Below, piece after piece: positions 1 to 16,067 of a stretch of DNA of 64,000 nt. Position numbers and translations under genes: made by a program. Source of the DNA: the human T2T-CHM13v2.0 reference genome, Homo sapiens; NCBI RefSeq assembly GCF_009914755.1, contig NC_060937.1; one strand, written 5' to 3'. Position 1 is the stretch's first letter, and every line of letters begins with the position of its first letter. Under the pieces are notes generated by a model. That model made no database searches, was not told where the DNA came from, and saw nothing but the letters and a program-made list of their open reading frames with translations.

Positions 1-857
1 GTATTATATAATGTACATAACATATGAAAGTACATCAAATATATATTTTATTCTGTACATGAAATATCAAAGTACACCAGATATATATTCTATAGTGTAC
101 ATAAAATATCAAAGTACCCAAACTATACATTATATACTGTACATAAAATATGAAATTACATCAAATATATATTATATTAGGTACATAAAATAAGAAAGAA
201 CATCAAATGTAGATTATATACTGTATATAAAATATCAAAGTACCCCAAATATATATTATATACTCTACATGAAATATCAAAGTTCGCAAACTATATATTA
301 TATACTGTACATAAAATATCAAAGTACCCAAGGTATATATTCTATACTGTACAAAAAATATCAAAGTACCCAAAGCATGTATTATATACTGTACATAAAA
401 TATGAAAATACATTAAATATATATTTTATTCTGTACATAAAATATCAAAGTACTCCAGATATATATTCTATAGTGTACATAAAATAACAAAGTACACAAA
501 GTATAAATTATATACTGTACGTAAAATATGAAATTACTTCAAATATATATTAGGTACATAAAATATGAAAGTACATCAAATATAGATTATATACTGTACA
601 TATAATATCAATGTACCCCAAATATATATTTTATACTCTACATGAAATATCAAAGTTCACAAACCATACATTATATACTGTACATAAAATATCAAAGTAC
701 CCAAGGTATATATTCTATACTGTGCAAAAAATATCGAAGTACCCAAAGCATGTATTATATACTGTATATAAAATATGAAAGTACATCAAATATATATTTT
801 ATTCTGTACATAAAATATCAAAGTACACCAGATATATATTCTACAGTCTACATAAAA

Positions 858-1230
858 TATCAAAGTACCCAAACTATACATTATATACTGTACATAAAAT
901 ATGAAATTACATCAAATATATATTAGGTACATAAAATATGAAAGTACATCAAATATAGATTATATACTGTACATAAAATATCAAAGTACCCCAAATATAT
1001 ATTATATACTGTACATGAAATATCAAAGTTCACAAACTATATATTATATACTGTACATAAAATATCAAAGTACCCAAGGTATATATTCTATACTGTACAA
1101 AAAATATCAAAGTACCCAAAGCATGTATTATATACTGTACATAAAATATGAAAGTACATCAAGTATATATTTTATTCTGTACATAAAATATCAAAGTACA
1201 CCACATATATATTCTATAGTGTACATAAAA
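858..1230 (+). repeat. Example short 373-bp 9-mer unit (5-bp deletion in monomer 2)
   Basis: Monomer 1 starts at 858 and again at 1231. Monomer 2 reads AAATATATATTAGGTAC. ORF starts in this region are spaced 373 bp (269/642, 1647/2020/2393). Confidence 0.9.
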
Positions 1231-2633
1231 TAACAAATTACACAAACTATACATTATATACTGTACATAAAATATGAAATTACATCAAATATATATTAGG
1301 TACATAAAATATGAAAGTACATCAAATATAGATTATATACTGTACATATAATATCAATGTACCCCAAATATATATTTTATACTCTACATGAAATATCAAA
1401 GTTCACAAACCATACATTATATACTGTACATAAAATATCAAAGTACCCAAGGTATATATTCTATACTATACAAAAAATATCAAAGTACCCAAAGCATGTA
1501 TTATATACTGTACATAAAATATGAAAGTACATCAAATATATATTTTATTCTGTACATAAAATATCAAAGTACACCAGATATATATTCTATAGTGTACATA
1601 AAATATCAAAGTTCCCATACTATACACTATATACTGTACATAAAATATGAAATTACATGAAATATATATTAGGTACATAAAATATGAAAGTACATCAAAT
1701 ATAGATTATATACTGTACATAAAATATCAAAGTACCCCAAATATATATTATATACTCTACATGAAATATCAAAGTTCACAAACTATATATTATATACTGT
1801 ACATAAAATATCAAAGTACCCAAGGTATATATTCTATACTGTACAAAAAATATCAAAGTACCCAAAGCATGTATTATATACTGTACATAAAATATGAAAA
1901 TACGTCAAATATATATTTTATTCTGTACATAAAATATCAAAGTACACCAGATATATATTCTATAGTGTACATAAAATAACAAAGTACACAAACTATACAT
2001 TATATACTGTACATAAAATATGAAATTACATCAAATATATATTAGGTACATAAAATATGAAAGTACATCAAATATAGATTATATACTGTACATAAAATAT
2101 CAAAGTACCCCAAATATATATTATATACTCTACATGAAATATCAAAGTTCACATACCAGATATTATATACTGTACATAAAATATAAAAGTACCCAAGGTA
2201 TATATTCTATACTGTACAAAAAATATCAAAGTACCCAAAGCATGTATTATATACTGTATATAAAATATGAAAGTACATTAAATACATATTTTTTTCTGTA
2301 CATAAAATATCAAACTACACCAGATATATATTCTATAGTGTACATAAAAAAACAAAGTACACAAACTATAAATTATATACTGTACATAAAATATGAAATT
2401 ACATCAAATATATATTAGGTACATAAAATATGAAAGTACATCAAATATAGATTATATACTGTACATATCAATGTACCCGAAATATATATTTTATACTCTA
2501 CATGAAATATCAAAGTTCACAAACTATATATTATATACTGTACATAAAATATCAAAGTACCCAAGGTATATATTCTATACTGTACAAAAAATATCAAAGT
2601 ACCCAAAGCATGTAGTATATACTGTACATAAAA

Positions 2634-2801
2634 TATCAAAGTACCCCAAATATATATTATATACTCTACATGAAATATCAAAGTTCACAAGCTATATATT
2701 ATATACTGTACATAAAATATCAAAGTACCCAAGGTATATATTCTATACTGTACAAAAAATATCAAAGTACACAAAGCATGTATTATATACTGTACATAAA
2801 A
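2634..2801 (+). repeat. 13-mer variant: extra monomers 4-7 (+168 bp); also at ~3548, 10827, 29691, 32854, 40133
   Basis: Monomer 7 reading GCATGTAGTATAT is followed by monomer 4 (AAGTACCCCAAAT) instead of monomer 8. Confidence 0.85.
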
Positions 2802-4172
2802 TATGAAAGTACATCAAATATATATTTTATTCTGTACATAAAATATCAAAGTACACCAGATATATATTCTATAGTGTACATAAAATAACAAAGTACACAA
2901 ACTATACATTATACACTGTACATAAAATATGAAATTACATCAAATATATATTAGGTACATAAAATATGAAAGTACATCAAATATAGATTATATACTGTAC
3001 ATAAAATATCAAAGTACCCCAAATATATATTATATACTCTACATGAAATATCAAATTTCACAAACTATATATTATATACTGTACATAAAATATCAAAGTA
3101 CCCAAGTGATATATTCTATACTGTACAAAAAATATCAAAGTACCCAAAGCATGTATTATATACTGTATATAAAATATGAAAGTACATCAAATATATATTT
3201 TATTCTGTACATAAAATATCAAAGTACACCAGATATATATTCTATAGTGTACATAAAATAACAAAGTACACAAACTATAAATTATATACTGTACATAAAA
3301 TATGAAATTACATCAAATATATATTAGGTACATAAAATATGAAAGTACATCAAATATAGATTATATACTGTACATAAAATATCAAAGTACCCCAAATATA
3401 TATTATATACTGTACATGAAATATCAAAGTTCACAAACTATATATTATATACTGTACATAAAATATCAAAGTACCCAAGGTATATATTCTATACTGTACA
3501 AAAAATATCAAAGTACCCAAAGCATGTAGTATATACTGTACATAAAATATCAAAGTACCCCAAATATATATTATATACTCTACATGAAATATCAAAGTTC
3601 ACAAACTATATATTATATACTGTACATAAAATATCAAAGTACCCAAGGTATATATTCTATACTGTACAAAAAATATCAAAGTACACAAAGCATGTATTAT
3701 ATACTGTACATAAAATATGAAAGTACATCAAATATATATTTTATTCTGTACATAAAATATCAAAGTACACCAGATATATATTCTATAGTGTACATAAAAT
3801 AACAAAGTACACAAACTATAAATTATATACTGTACATAAAATATGAAATTACATCAAATATATATTAGGTACAAAAAATATGAAAGTACATCAAATATAG
3901 ATTATATACTGTACATAAAATATCAATGTACAGCAAATATATATTTTATACTCTACATGAAATATCAAAGTTCACAAACCATATATTATATACTGTACAT
4001 AAAATATCAAAGTACCCAAGGTATATATTCTATACTGTACAAAAAATATCAAACTACCCAAAGCATGTATTATATACTATACATAAAATATGAGAGTACA
4101 TCAAATATATATTTTATTCTGTACATAAAATATCAAAGTACACCAGATATATATTCTATAGTGTACATAAAA

Positions 4173-4550
4173 TATCAAAGTACCCAAACTATACATTATA
4201 TACTGTACATAAAATATGAAATTACATCAAATATATATTATATTAGGTACATAAAATATGAAAGAACATCAAATGTAGATTATATACTGTACATAAAATA
4301 TCAAAGTACCATAAATATATATTATATACTCTACATGAAATATCAAAGTTCACAAACCATACATTATATACTGTACATAAAATATCAAAGTACCCAAGGT
4401 ATATATTCTATAATGTACAAAAAATATCAAAGTAACCAAAGCGTGTATTATATACTGTATATAAAATATGAAATTACATCAAATATATATTTTATTCTGA
4501 ACATAAAATATCAAAGTACACCAGATATATATTCTATATTGTACATAAAA
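4173..4550 (+). repeat. Example full-length 378-bp 9-mer unit (9 x 42 bp)
   Basis: Monomer 1 starts at 4173 and again at 4551. Monomer 2 has the long form AAATATATATTATATTAGGTAC. Confidence 0.9.
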
Positions 4551-5169
4551 TATCAAAGTACCCAAACTATACATTATATACTGTACATAAAATATGAAAT
4601 TACATCAAATATATATTATATTAGGTACATAAAATACGAAAGTACATCAAACATAGATTATATACTGTACATAAAATATCAAAGTACCCCAAATATATAT
4701 TACATACTCTACATGAAATATCAAAGTTCACAAACTATATATTATATACTGTACATAAAATATCAAAGTACCCGAGGTACATATTCTATACTGTACAAAA
4801 AATATCAAAGTACCCAAAGCATGTATTATATACTGTATATAAAATATGAAAGTACATCAAATATATATTTTATTCTGTACGTAAAATATCAAAGTACACC
4901 AGATATATATTCTATAGTGTACATAAAATAACAAAGTACAAAAACTATAAATTATATACTGTACATAAAATATGAAATTACATCAAATACATATTAGGTA
5001 CATAAAATATGAAAGTACATCAAATATAGATTATATACTGTACATAAAATATCAAAGTACCCCAAATATATATTATATACTCTACATGAAATATCAAAGT
5101 TCACAAACTATATATTATATACTGTACATAAAATATCAAAGTACCCAAGGTATATTTTCTATACTGTAC

Positions 5170-8100
5170 AAAAAATATCAAAGTACACAAAGCATGTATT
5201 ATATACTGTATATAAAATATGAAAGTACATCAAATATATATTTTATTCTGTACATAAAATATCAAAGTACACCAGATATATATTCTATAGTGTACATAAA
5301 ATAACAAAGTACACAAACTATAAATTATATACTGTACATAAAATATGAAATTACATCAAATATATATTAGGTACATATAATATGAATGTACATCAAATAT
5401 AGATTATATACTGTACATATAATATCAATGTACCCCAAATATATATTTTATACTCTACATGAAACATCAAAGTTCACAAACCATATATTTTATCCTGTAC
5501 ATAAAATATCAAAGTACCCAAGGTATATATTCTATACTGTACAAAAAATATCAAAGTACCCAAAGCATATATTATATACTGTACATAAAATATGAAAGTA
5601 CATCAAATATATATTTTATTCTGTACATAAAATATCAAAGTACACCAGATATATATTCTATAGTGTACATAAAATAACAAAGTACACAAACTATACATTA
5701 TATACTTTACATAAAATATGAAATTACATCAAATATATATTAGGTACATAAAATATGAAAGTACATCAAATATAGATTATATACTGTACATAAAATATCA
5801 AAGTACCCCAAATATATATTATATACTCTACATGAAATATCAAAGTTCGCAAACTATATATTATATACTGTACATAAAATATCAAAGTACCCAAGGTATA
5901 TATTCTATACTGTGCAGAAAATATCAAAGTACCCAAAGCATGTATTATATACTGTATATAAAATATGAAAGTACATCAAATATATATTTTATTCTGTACA
6001 TAAAATAACAAAGTACACCAGATATATATTCTATAGTGTACATAAAATAACAAAGTACACAAACTATAAATTATATACTGTACATAAAATATGAAATTAC
6101 CTCAAATATATATTAAGTACATAAAATATGAAAGTACATCAAATATAGATTATATACTGTACATAAAATATCAATGTACCCCAAATATATATTTTATACT
6201 CTACATGAAATATCAAAGTTCACAAACCATATATTATATACTGTACATAAAATATCAAACTACCCAAGGTATATATTCTATACTATACAAAAAATATCAA
6301 AGTACCCAAAACATGTATTATATACTGTACATAAAATATGAAAGTACATCAAATATATATTTTATTCTGTACATAAAATATCAAAGTACACCAGATATAT
6401 ATTCTATAGTGTACATAAAATATCAAAGTACCCAAACTATACATTATATGCTATATATAAAATATGAGATTACATCAAATATATATTATATTAGGTACAT
6501 AAAATATGAAAGTACATCAAATATAGATTATATACTGTACATAAAATATCAAAGTACCCCAAATATATATTATATACTGTACATGAAATATCAAACTTCA
6601 CAAACTTTATATTATATACTGTACATAAAATATCAAAGTACCCAAGGTATATATTCTATACTGTACAAAAAATATCAAAGTACCCAAAGCATGTTTTATA
6701 TACTGTACATAAAATATGAAAGTACATCAAATATATATTTTATTCTGTACATAAAATATCAAGGTACACCAGATATATATTCTATAGTGTACATAAAATA
6801 GCAAAGTACACAAACTATAAATTATGTACTGTACATAAAATATGAAATTACATCAAATATATATTAGGTACATAAAATATGAAAGTACATCAAATGTAGA
6901 TTATATACTGTACATAAAATATCAATGTACCCCAAATATATATTTTACACTCTACATGAAATATCAAAGTTCACAAACCATATATTATATACTGTATATA
7001 AAATATCAAAGTACCCAAGGTATATATTCTATACTTTACAACAAATATCAAAGTACCCAAAGCATGTATTATATACTGTACATAAAATATGAAAGTACAT
7101 GAAATATATATTTTATTCTGTACATAAAATATCAAAGTACACCAGATATATATTCTATAGAGTACATAAAATATCAAAGTACCCAAAGTATAGATTATAT
7201 ACTGTACATAAAATATGAAATTACATCAAATATATATTATATTAGGTACATAAAATATGAAAGTACATCAAATATAGATTATATACTGTACATTAAATAC
7301 CAAAGTACCCCAAATATATATTTTATACTGTACATGAAATATCAAGGTTCACACACTATATATTATATACTGTACATAAAATATCAAAGTACCCAAGGTA
7401 TATATTCTATACTGTACAAAAAATATCAAAGTACCCAAAGCATGTATTATAAACTGTACATAAAATATGAAAGTATATCAAATATATATTTTATTCTGTA
7501 CATAAAATATCAAAGTACACCGGATATATATTCTATAGTGTACATAAAATATCAAAGTACCCAAACTATACATTATATACTGTACATAAAATATGAAATT
7601 ACATCAAATATATATTATGTACATAAAATATGAAAGTACATCAAATATAGATTATATACTGTACATAAAATATCAAAGTACCCCAAATATATATTATATA
7701 CTCTACATGAAATATCAAAGTTCACAAACTATATATTATATACTGTACATAAAATATCAAAGTACCCAAGGTATATATTCTATACTGCACAAAAAAAACA
7801 AAGTACCCAAAGCATATATTATATACTGTATATAAAATATGAAAGTTCATCAAATATATATTTTATTCTGTACATAAAATATCAAAATACACCAGATATA
7901 TATTCTATAGTGTACATAAAATAACAAAGTACACAATCTATAAATTATATACTGTACATAAAATATGAAATTACATCAAATATATATTAGGTACATAAAA
8001 TATGAAAGTACATCAAATATAGATTATATACTGTACATATAATATCAATGTACCCCAAATATATATTTTATACTCTACATGAAATATCAACGTTCACAAA

Positions 8101-11100
8101 CCATATATTATATACTGTACATAAAATATCAAAGTACCCAAGGTATATATTCTATACTGTACAAAAGATATCAAAGTACCCAAAGCATGTATTATATACT
8201 GTACATAAAATATGAAAGTACATCAAATATATATTTTATTCTGTAAATAAAATATCAAAGTACACCAGATATATATTCTATAGTGTACATAAAATATCAA
8301 AGTACCCAAACTATACATTATATACTGTACATAAAATATGAAATTACATCAAATATATATTAGGTACATAAAATATGAAAGTACATCAAATATAGATTAT
8401 ATACTGTACATAAAATATCAAAGTACCCCAAATATATATTATATACTCTACATGAAATATCAAAGTTCACAAACCATATATTATATACTGTACATAAAAT
8501 ATCAAAGTACCCAAGTTATATATTCTATACTATACAAAAAATATCAAAGTACCCAAAGCATGTATTATGTACTGTACATAAAATATGAAAGTACATCAAA
8601 TATATATTTTATTCTGTAAATAAAATATCAAAGTACACCAGATATATATTCTATAGTGTACATAAAATATCAAAATACCCAAACTATACATTATATACTG
8701 TACATAAAATATGAGATTACATCAAATATATATTATATTAGGTACATAAAATATGAAAGTACATCAAATATAGATTATATACTGTACATAAAATATCAAA
8801 GTACCCCAAATATATATTATATACTCTACATGAAATATCAAAGTTCACAAACTATATATTTTATACTGTACATAAAATATCAAAGTACCCACGGTATATA
8901 TTCTATACTGTACAAAAAATATCAAAGTACCCAAAGGATGTATTATATACTGTATATAAAATAAGAAAGTACATTAAATATATATTTTATTCTGTACATA
9001 AAATATCAAAGTACACCAGATATATATTCTATAGTGTACATAAAATAACAAAGTACACAAACTATAAATTATATACTGTACATAAAATATGAAATTACAT
9101 CAAATATATATTAGGTACATAAAATATGAAAGTACATCAAATATAGATTATATACTGAACATATAATATCAATGTATCCCAAATATATATTTTATAATCT
9201 ACATGAAATATCAAAGTTCAGAAACCGTACATTATATACTGTACATAAAATATCAAAGTACCCAAGGTATATATTCTATACTGTACAAAAAATATCAAAG
9301 TACCCAAAGCATGTATTATATACTGTACATAAAATATGAAAGTACATCAAATATATATTTTATTCTGTACATAAAATATCAAAGTACACCAGATATATAT
9401 TCTATAGTGTACATAAACTATCAAAGTACCCAAACTATACATTATTTACTGTACATAAAATATGAAATGACATCAAATATATATTAGGTACATAAACTAT
9501 GAAAGTACATCAAATATAGATTATATACTGTACATAAAATATCAAAGTACCCCAAATAAATATTATATACTCTACATGAAATATCAAAGTTCACAAACCA
9601 TATATTATATACTGTACATAAAATATCAAAGTACCCAAGGTATATATTCTATACTATACAAAAAACATCAAAGTACCCAAAGCATGTATTATATACTGTA
9701 CATAAAATATGAAAGTACATCAAATATATATTTTATTCTGTACATAAAATATCAAAGTACACCAGATATATATTCTATAGTGTACACAAAATAACAAAGT
9801 ACACAAACTATACATTATACACTGTACATAAAATATGAAATTACATCAAATATATATTAGGTACATAAAATATGAAAGTACATCAAATATAGATTATATA
9901 CTGTACATAAAATATCAAAGTACCCCAAATATATATTATATACTCTACATGAAATATCAAATTTCACAAACTACATATTATATACTGTACATAAAATATC
10001 AAAGTACCCAAGTGATATATTCTATACTGTACAAAAAATATCAAAGTACCCAAAGCATGTATTATATACTGTATATAAAATATGAAAGTACATCAAATAT
10101 ATATTTTATTCTGTACATAAAATATCAAAGTACACCAGATATATATTCTATAGTGTACATAAAATAACAAAGTACACAAACTATAAATTATATACTGTAC
10201 ATAAAATATGAAATTACATCAAATATATATTAGGTACATAAAATATGAAAGTACATCAAATACAGATTATATACTGTACATATAATATTAATGTACCCGA
10301 AATATATATTTTATACTCTACATGAAACATCAAAGTTCACAAACCATATATTATATACTGTACATAAAATATCAAACTACACAAGGTATATATTCTATAC
10401 TGTACAAAAAATATCAAAGTACCCAAAGCATGTATTATATACTGTACATAAAATATGAAATTACATCAAATATATATTTTATTCTGTACATAAAATATCA
10501 AAGTACACCAGATATATATTCTACAGTGCACATAAAATATCAAAGTACCCAAACTATACATTATATACTGTACATAAAATATGAAATTACATCAAATATA
10601 TATTAGGTACATAAAATATGAAAGTACATCAAATACAGATTATATACTGTACATAAAATATCAAAGTATCCCAAATATATATTATATACTGTACATGAAA
10701 TATCAAAGTTCACAAACTATATATTATATACTGTACATAAAATATCAAAGTACCCAAGGTATATATTCTATACTGTACAAAAAATATCAAAGTACCCAAA
10801 GCATGTAGTATATACTGTACATAAAATATCAAAGTACCCCAAATATATATTATATACTCTACATGAAATATCAAAGTTCACAAACTATATATTATATACT
10901 GTACATAAAATATCAAAGTACCCAAGGTATATATTCTATACTGTACAAAAAATATCAAAGTACACAAAGCATGTATTATATACTGTATATAAAATATGAA
11001 AGTACATCAAATATATATTTTATTCTGTACATAAAATATCAAAGTACACCAGATATATATTCTATAGTGTACATAAAATAACAAAGTACACAAACTATAA

Positions 11101-13850
11101 ATTATATACTGTACATAAAATATGAAATTACATCAAATATATATTAGGTACATAAAATATGAATGTACATCAAATATAGATTATATACTGTACATATAAT
11201 ATCAATGTACTCCAAATATATATTTTATACTCTACATGAAACATCAAAGTTCACAAACCATATATTTTATACTGTACATAAAATATCAAAGTACCCAAGG
11301 TATATATTCTATACTGTACAAAAAATATCAAAGTACCCAAAGCATATATTATATACTGTACATAAAATATGAAAGTACATCAAATATATATTTTATTCTG
11401 TACATAAAATATCAAAGTACACCAGATATATATTCTATAGTGTACATAAAATAACAAAGTACACAAACTATACATTATATACTTTACATAAAATATGAAA
11501 TTACATCAAATATATATTAGGTACATAAAATATGAAAGTACATCAAATATAGATTATATACTGTACATAAAATATCAAAGTACCCCAAATATATATTATA
11601 TACTCTACATGAAATATCAAAGTTCGCAAACTATATATTATATACTGTACATAAAATATCAAAGTACCCAAGGTATATATTCTATACTGTGCAGAAAATA
11701 TCAAAGTACCCAAAGCATGTATTATATACTGTATATAAAATATGAAAGTACATCAAATATATATTTTATTCTGTACATAAAATAACAAAGTACACCAGAT
11801 ATATATTCTATAGTGTACATAAAATAACAAAGTACACAAACTATAAATTATATACTGTACATAAAATATGAAATTACCTCAAATATATATTAAGTACATA
11901 AAATATGAAAGTACATCAAATATAGATTATATACTGTACATAAAATATCAATGTACCCCAAATATATATTTTATACTCTACATGAAATATCAAAGTTCAC
12001 AAACCATATATTATATACTGTACATAAAATATCAAACTACCCAAGGTATATATTCTATACTATACAAAAAATATCAAAGTACCCAAAACATGTATTATAT
12101 ACTGTACATAAAATATGAAAGTACATCAAATATATATTTTATTCTGTACATAAAATATCAAAGTACACCAGATATATATTCTATAGTGTACATAAAATAT
12201 CAAAGTACCCAAACTATACATTATATGCTATATATAAAATATGAGATTACATCAAATATATATTATATTAGGTACATAAAATATGAAAGTACATCAAATA
12301 TAGATTATATACTGTACATAAAATATCAAAGTACCCCAAATATATATTATATACTGTACATGAAATATCAAACTTCACAAACTTTATATTATATACTGTA
12401 CATAAAATATCAAAGTACCCAAGGTATATATTCTATACTGTACAAAAAATATCAAAGTACCCAAAGCATGTTTTATATACTGTACATAAAATATGAAAGT
12501 ACATCAAATATATATTTTATTCTGTACATAAAATATCAAGGTACACCAGATATATATTCTATAGTGTACATAAAATAGCAAAGTACACAAACTATAAACT
12601 ATGTACTGTACATAAAATATGAAATTACATCAAATATATATTAGGTACATAAAATATGAAAGTACATCAAATGTAGATTATATACTGTACATAAAATATC
12701 AATGTACCCCAAATATATATTTTACACTCTACATGAAATATCAAAGTTCACAAACCATATATTATATACTGTATATAAAATATCAAAGTACCCAAGGTAT
12801 ATATTCTATACTTTACAACAAATATCAAAGTACCGAAAGCATGTATTATATACTGTACATAAAATATGAAAGTACATGAAATATATATTTTATTCTGTAC
12901 ATAAAATATCAAAGTACACCAGATATATATTCTATAGAGTACATAAAATATCAAAGTACCCAAACTATAGATTATATACTGTACATAAAATATGAAATTA
13001 CATCAAATATATATTATATTAGGTACATAAAATATGAAAGTACATCAAATATAGATTATATACTGTACATTAAATACCAAAGTACCCCAAATATATATTT
13101 TATACTGTACATGAAATATCAAGGTTCACACACTATATATTATATACTGTACATAAAATATCAAAGTACCCAAGGTATATATTCTATACTGTACAAAAAA
13201 TATCAAAGTACCCAAAGCATGTATTATATACTGTATATAAAATACGAAAGTTCATCAAATATATATTTTATTCTGTACATAAAATATCAAAATACACCGG
13301 ATATATATTCTATAGTGTACATAAAATAACAAAGTACACAATCTATAAATTATATACTGTACATAAAATATGAAATTACATCAAATATATATTAGGTACA
13401 TAAAATATGAAAGTACATCAAATATAGATTATATACTGTACATATAATATCAATGTACCCCAAATATATATTTTATACTCTACATGAAATATCAACGTTC
13501 ACAAACCATATATTATATACTGTACATAAAATATCAAAGTACCCAAGGTATATATTCTATACTGTACAAAAGATATCAAAGTACCCAAAGCATGTATTAT
13601 ATACTGTACATAAAATATGAAAGTACATCAAATATATATTTTATTCTGTAAATAAAATATCAAAGTACACCAGATATATATTCTATAGTGTACATAAAAT
13701 ATCAAAGTACCCAAACTATACATTATATACTGTACATAAAATATGAAATTACATCAAATATATATTAGGTACATAAAATATGAAAGTACATCAAATATAG
13801 ATTATATACTGTACATAAAATATCAAAGTACCCCAAATATATATTATATA
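5170..13850 (+). repeat. Local duplication at offset 5,777 bp (~5170-7445 vs ~10947-13222), continuing at offset 5,405
   Basis: ORF pairs 5459/11236, 5718/11495, 6091/11868, 6842/12619, 7334/13111, then 8338/13743 and the CAACGTTCAC marker at 8091/13496. Repeated in macro copy 2 at +29,306. Confidence 0.85.
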
Positions 13851-15983
13851 CTCTACATGAAATATCAAAGTTCACAAACTATATATTATATACTTTACAT
13901 AAAATATCAAAGTACCCAAGGTATATATTCTATACTGTGCAAAAAATATCAAAGTACCCAAAGCATGTATTATATACTGTATATAAAATATGAAAGTACT
14001 TCAAATATATATTTTATTCTGTACATAAAATATCAAGGTACACCAGATATATATTCTATAGTGTACATAAAATAGCAAAGTACACAAACTATAAATTATA
14101 TACTGTACATAAAATATGAAATTACATCAAATATATATTAGGTACATAAAATATGAAAGTACATCAAATATAGATTATATGCTGTACATTAAATACCAAA
14201 GTACCCCAAATATATATTTTATACTGTACATGAAATATCAAAGTTCACAAACTATATATTATATACTGTACATAAAATATCAAAGTACCCAAGGTATATA
14301 TTCTATACTGTACCAAAAATATCAAAGTACCCAAATCACGTATTATATACTGTACATAAAATATGAAGGTACATCAAATATATATTTTATTCTGTACATA
14401 AAATATCAAAGTACACCAGATATATATTCTATAGTGTACATAATATATCAAAGTACCCAAACTATACATTATATACTGTACATAAAATATGAAATTACAT
14501 CAAATCTATATTAGGTACATAAAATATGAAAGTACATCAAATATAGATTATATACTGTACATAAAATATCAAAGTACCCCAAATATATATTATATACTCT
14601 ATATGAAATATCAAAGTTCACAAACTATATATTATATACTGTACATAAAATATCAAAGTACCCAAGGTATATATTCTATACTGTGCAAAAAATATCAAAG
14701 TACCCAAAGCATGTATTATATACTGTATATAAAATATGAAAGTACATCAAATATATATTTTATTCTGCAGATAAAATATCAAAATACAACAGATATATAT
14801 TCTATAGTGTACATAAAATAACAAAGTACACAAACTATACATTATATACTGTACATAAAATATGAAATTACATCACATATATATTAGGTACATAAAATAT
14901 GAAAGTACATCAAATATAGATTATATACTGTACATATAATATCAACGTACCCCAAATATATATTTTATACTCTACATGAAATATCAAAGTTCACAAACCA
15001 TATATTATATACTGTATATAAAATATCAAAGTACCCAAGGTATATATTCCATAGTGAACAAAAAATATCAAAGTACCCAAAGCATGTATTATATACTGTA
15101 CATAAAATATGAAAGTACATCAAATATATATTTTATTCTGTACATAAAATATCAAAGTACACCAGATATATATTCTATAGTGTACATAAAATATCAAAGT
15201 ACCCAAACTATAGATTATATACTGTACATAAAATATGAAATTACATCAAATATATATTATATTAGGTACATAAAATATGAAAGTACATCAAATATAGATT
15301 ATATAATGTACATACAATATCAAAGTACCCCAAATATATATTATATACTCTACATGAAATATCAAAGTTCACAAACTATATATTATGTACTGTACATAAA
15401 ATATCAAAGTACCCAAAGTATATATTCTATACTGTACAAAAAATATCAAAGTACCCAAAGCATGTATTATATACTGTATATAAAATATGAAAGTACTTTA
15501 AATATATATTTTATTCTGTACATAAAATATCAAAGTACACCAGATATATATTCTATAGTGTACATAAAATTGCAAAGTACACAAACTATACATTATATAC
15601 TGTACATAAAATATGAAATTACATCAAATATATATTAGGTACATAAAATATGAAAGTACATCAAATATAGATTATATACTGTACATATAATATCAATGTA
15701 CCCCAAATATATATTTTATACTCTACATGAAATATCAAAGTTCACAAACCATACATTATATACTGTACATAAAATATCAAAGTACCCAAGGTATATATTC
15801 TATACTGTACAAAAAATATCAAAGTACCCAAGCATGTATTATATACTGTACATAAAATATGAAAGTACATCAAATATATATTTTATTCTGTACATAAAAT
15901 ATCAAATTACACCAGATATATATACTATAGTGTACATAAAATATCAAAGTACCCAAACTATACATTATATACTGTACATAAAA

Positions 15984-16067
15984 TATGAAAGTACATAAAA
16001 TATATATTATATTAGGTACATAAAATATGAAATTACATAAAATATATATTATATTAGTTACATAAAA
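15984..16067 (+). repeat. 10-mer variant: doubled monomer 2 (+42 bp); also at ~19020, 45290, 48326
   Basis: Two consecutive ACATAAAATATATATTATATTAG monomers, the first continuing AGGTAC and the second AGTTA. Confidence 0.85.
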
